The position numbers were made by a program, and so were the translations under genes. 60,446 nucleotides of DNA from an uncultured Erysipelotrichaceae bacterium (GTDB lineage Bacteria > Bacillota_I > Bacilli_A > RFN20 > CAG-826): assembly GCA_902797795.1 (NCBI GenBank), contig CADBUF010000024.1:1-60446 (forward strand), given 5' to 3'. Below are positions 58,778 to 60,446 of this stretch, in pieces. Positions within the stretch are counted from its first letter, which is position 1. The number at the start of each line of letters is the position of its first letter. The notes under the pieces were generated by a model. That model searched no databases, was not told the DNA's origin, and saw nothing but the letters and a program-made list of their open reading frames with translations.

Positions 58778-58807
58778 AAAAAAATAAAAACGAGTTAGCA
58801 AACTCGT
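58778..58807 (-). terminator. Intrinsic terminator after the acidic mini-ORF
   Basis: Hairpin acgagtt-agca-aactcgt, followed on the minus strand by tttttattttttt. Confidence 0.6.
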
Positions 58808-58833
58808 TAATACAATTGATTTACAAATATGTT

Positions 58834-58983
58834 TTAGAAGATTTCATCAAAGTCATATTCGTATGTGGCTGGTTCATCATCCAAATCGGAATAATCGTCA
58901 CATTCTTCAATAACTTCAATGATTTCCACTGTTTCTTCATCACTAGTTAAGGTTTTAGTCCTAGGATCAATATTATTAGTCAT
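58834..58983 (-). CDS. 49-aa highly acidic small protein, hypothetical
   Basis: MTNNIDPRTKTLTSDEETVEIIEVIEECDDYSDLDDEPATYEYDFDEIF. GAGGGGGG lies ~11 nt upstream of ATG 58983; the ORF track starts at 59016. It has its own terminator. Confidence 0.5.
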   Translation of the reverse strand: MTNNIDPRTKTLTSDEETVEIIEVIEECDDYSDLDDEPATYEYDFDEIF

Positions 58984-59130
58984 TAATGTTTGTCCCCCCT
59001 CAATTTCGCTTAACAAGTGAAGCGTAAATCATTGTCATTAATTTAACATCTCATATATAGTAGTTCAACAAGAAATTAGATTATTTTAGACAGTGTCCAA
59101 AAAGGCTATTTAGTTTTTTAAACTACATTA

Positions 59131-59156
59131 AGAAAAAAGGTGGCTTATCTGCCACC
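59131..59156 (-). terminator. Intrinsic terminator overlapping the degV stop codon
   Basis: Hairpin ggtggc-ttatct-gccacc, followed on the minus strand by ttttttct. Confidence 0.55.
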
Positions 59157-59990
59157 ATCGTTCATATAAAGAATGCCAAGACATTTAGGTCCACAGTGCG
59201 ATGAAATTGTCGCTCCTGCAGTAGTGACAAGGACTCTTTTAAAGCCTCTTTCTTCAACTGCCTTTTTAGCGGCTTCAATCATGTCTGGGGTTGCACCACT
59301 ATGAGTGACAAAGCAAAGGGATAAATCAGGGTTATTGAATTGTTCCAATGTGTCTTTACAGTAGTTAGTTACACAATCTAATTGTTTACCAGTATATTTC
59401 TTTCCTGGATTCATTTTTCCTTCAGACATAATGATTTGTGGTCTAATTCTAAATAAGAGGGCACCAAGTCTAGCTAAACCAGAGCATCTACCACCTTTAT
59501 ATAAATAATCAACCGTAGCGAGCACGAAACTAGTCTGATCATGAGGAATTCTTTCGCTAACCTTCTTGACGATTTCTTCTGGTTTTAATCCTTCTTTTAC
59601 AAGTTTAGATGCATATATTGCTTGTAAAGCAATGCCAGTAGATAAACTCAAAGTATCAACAACATATACTCCTTTTAATTCTTGAGCGGCAATCATCGCG
59701 TTTTGACAAGCGCTAGAAATGCCACTAGAAAGGGAAAAATGAATAACTGCATCATATTCTTTTAATAAATTAGAAAAATATTCAGTGAATTGAGCAACGT
59801 TTATCGCGCTTGTTTTTGGAAGAACGCCAGTACGATCAACATAGTCATAAATAATATCAGGAGTTATTTCACCATCAAATCCATTTTTTTCACCAAGGAT
59901 GACTCCAAATGGGATTGTTTTTATTCCAAATTCTTCTAATAAGTCTTTTGGGAGATCAATTGTACTCTCCGCAGAAATACAAATTTTCAT
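59145..59990 (-). CDS. DegV family fatty-acid-binding protein
   Basis: 281 aa. MKICISAESTIDLPKDLLEEFGIKTIPF N-terminus and overall DegV pattern. Confidence 0.85.
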   Translation of the reverse strand: MKICISAESTIDLPKDLLEEFGIKTIPFGVILGEKNGFDGEITPDIIYDYVDRTGVLPKTSAINVAQFTEYFSNLLKEYDAVIHFSLSSGISSACQNAMIAAQELKGVYVVDTLSLSTGIALQAIYASKLVKEGLKPEEIVKKVSERIPHDQTSFVLATVDYLYKGGRCSGLARLGALLFRIRPQIIMSEGKMNPGKKYTGKQLDCVTNYCKDTLEQFNNPDLSLCFVTHSGATPDMIEAAKKAVEERGFKRVLVTTAGATISSHCGPKCLGILYMNDGGR

Positions 59991-60060
59991 AAATAAACCT
60001 CTGTGTCCAACTAGGACATCAACTATATATTAGTGGAGAATAATGAAAAAATCACGAAAA

Positions 60061-60091
60061 AAGAAAAATAAAAATCCTAACATAGTTAGGA
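60061..60091 (-). terminator. Intrinsic terminator of ssrA
   Basis: Hairpin tcctaac-ata-gttagga, 13 nt past the tmRNA CCA end, followed on the minus strand by tttttatttttctt. Confidence 0.6.
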
Positions 60092-60104
60092 CATTATTTA
60101 CTTT

Positions 60105-60446
60105 TGGTGGAGCCGGTGGTGTCGAAACCACGTCCGAAGATGGCCCAACAATATCGCCTACAGCTTAGACAATATTTGTTTTTAACATGACTTTGTATAT
60201 TGACTCACTACATCATGCGAGACTAACGAGATTTCATGACTTATTAACAAGTCCACTATAAGTCACTAGTCTTTTGTTATGACACCAATTTCAAGCGTGA
60301 AAGACGAAAACCTTGAGTGGCGCTCTGCCCCAACGATTGTCGGGACCCTATGTCGGGTTAATTAAGCTAAGCAGAGGGATTGAGCTCTAGGAGCTCTCAT
60401 ATAACTGTTGTCAGTTATTTTTGTTTTGGTTTAAGGTTACCAACCG
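60105..60446 (-). ncRNA. ssrA: tmRNA (ssrA), 5' end truncated by the window edge
   Basis: Minus strand ends ...GGACGTGGTTTCGACACCACCGGCTCCACCA, a tRNA-like T-arm plus acceptor with CCA. A single open tag frame lies upstream, preceded by AAAATAACT (compare B. subtilis AAATATAACT). No long ORF in the region. Confidence 0.75.

Noticed and set aside
59091-60017. Similar 15-mers flanking degV (CAGTGTCCAAAAAGG at 59091 and CTGTGTCCAACTAGG at 60001), a possible direct repeat or regulator site.
   Set aside because: Only 12 of 15 positions match, and no mobile-element genes lie between them. This is compatible with chance.
60043-60168. 41-aa + strand ORF (MKKSRKKKNKNPNIVRT...) with a GGAGA upstream.
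   Set aside because: It runs through the ssrA terminator and into the tmRNA gene on the opposite strand. Its basic, low-complexity start is most likely chance.

Overview
Low-GC bacterial chromosome segment. Synteny is Firmicutes/Mycoplasmatota-like (pcrA-ligA-gatCAB; tsaE-tsaB-rimI-tsaD). The standard genetic code applies, since TGA is used as a stop (e.g. the ATGA overlap at 6813-6816). Exported proteins are held by lipobox cysteines or C-terminal TM helices; I saw no LPXTG or wall-binding motifs. An Acholeplasma-like or otherwise wall-less lineage is my inference. All family calls come from motifs read by eye; no searches were run. Contents: (1) 137-23803 holds a co-directional, ~23-kb alpha-glucan locus. 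It encodes a Big_2-fused solute-binding lipoprotein, MalF/G-like permeases, an 851-aa MalK-like ATPase with a 470-aa extension, two orphan lipoproteins, a GH13 amylase lipoprotein, a CBM25/26-type lipoprotein, a type I pullulanase lipoprotein, and three large non-catalytic surface proteins built from Big_2 domains and an unassigned ~105-118-aa 'GYYLVGSK' module. This membrane-tethered 'amylosome/Sus-like' machine is my best candidate for an undescribed system. (2) A phosphoglycosyl transferase and a 1442-aa surface protein that fuses an endonuclease-I domain to Ig-like and unknown modules. (3) tRNA-Ala(GGC) and tRNA-Arg(CCU) bracket a lone CrtI-like oxidoreductase. (4) A housekeeping block: galE, gatCAB, ligA, pcrA, asnS, tsaEBD-rimI, ung. 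(5) A TPP riboswitch with terminator ahead of a double-length ThiT-like gene. (6) A Wzx-type polysaccharide cluster: 3 glycosyltransferases, a flippase, a TupA-like ATP-grasp, and a Wzy-like membrane protein with a lipoprotein. (7) degV and a 5'-truncated tmRNA at the right edge. I recognised no transposase, integrase, CRISPR array or known defence gene.
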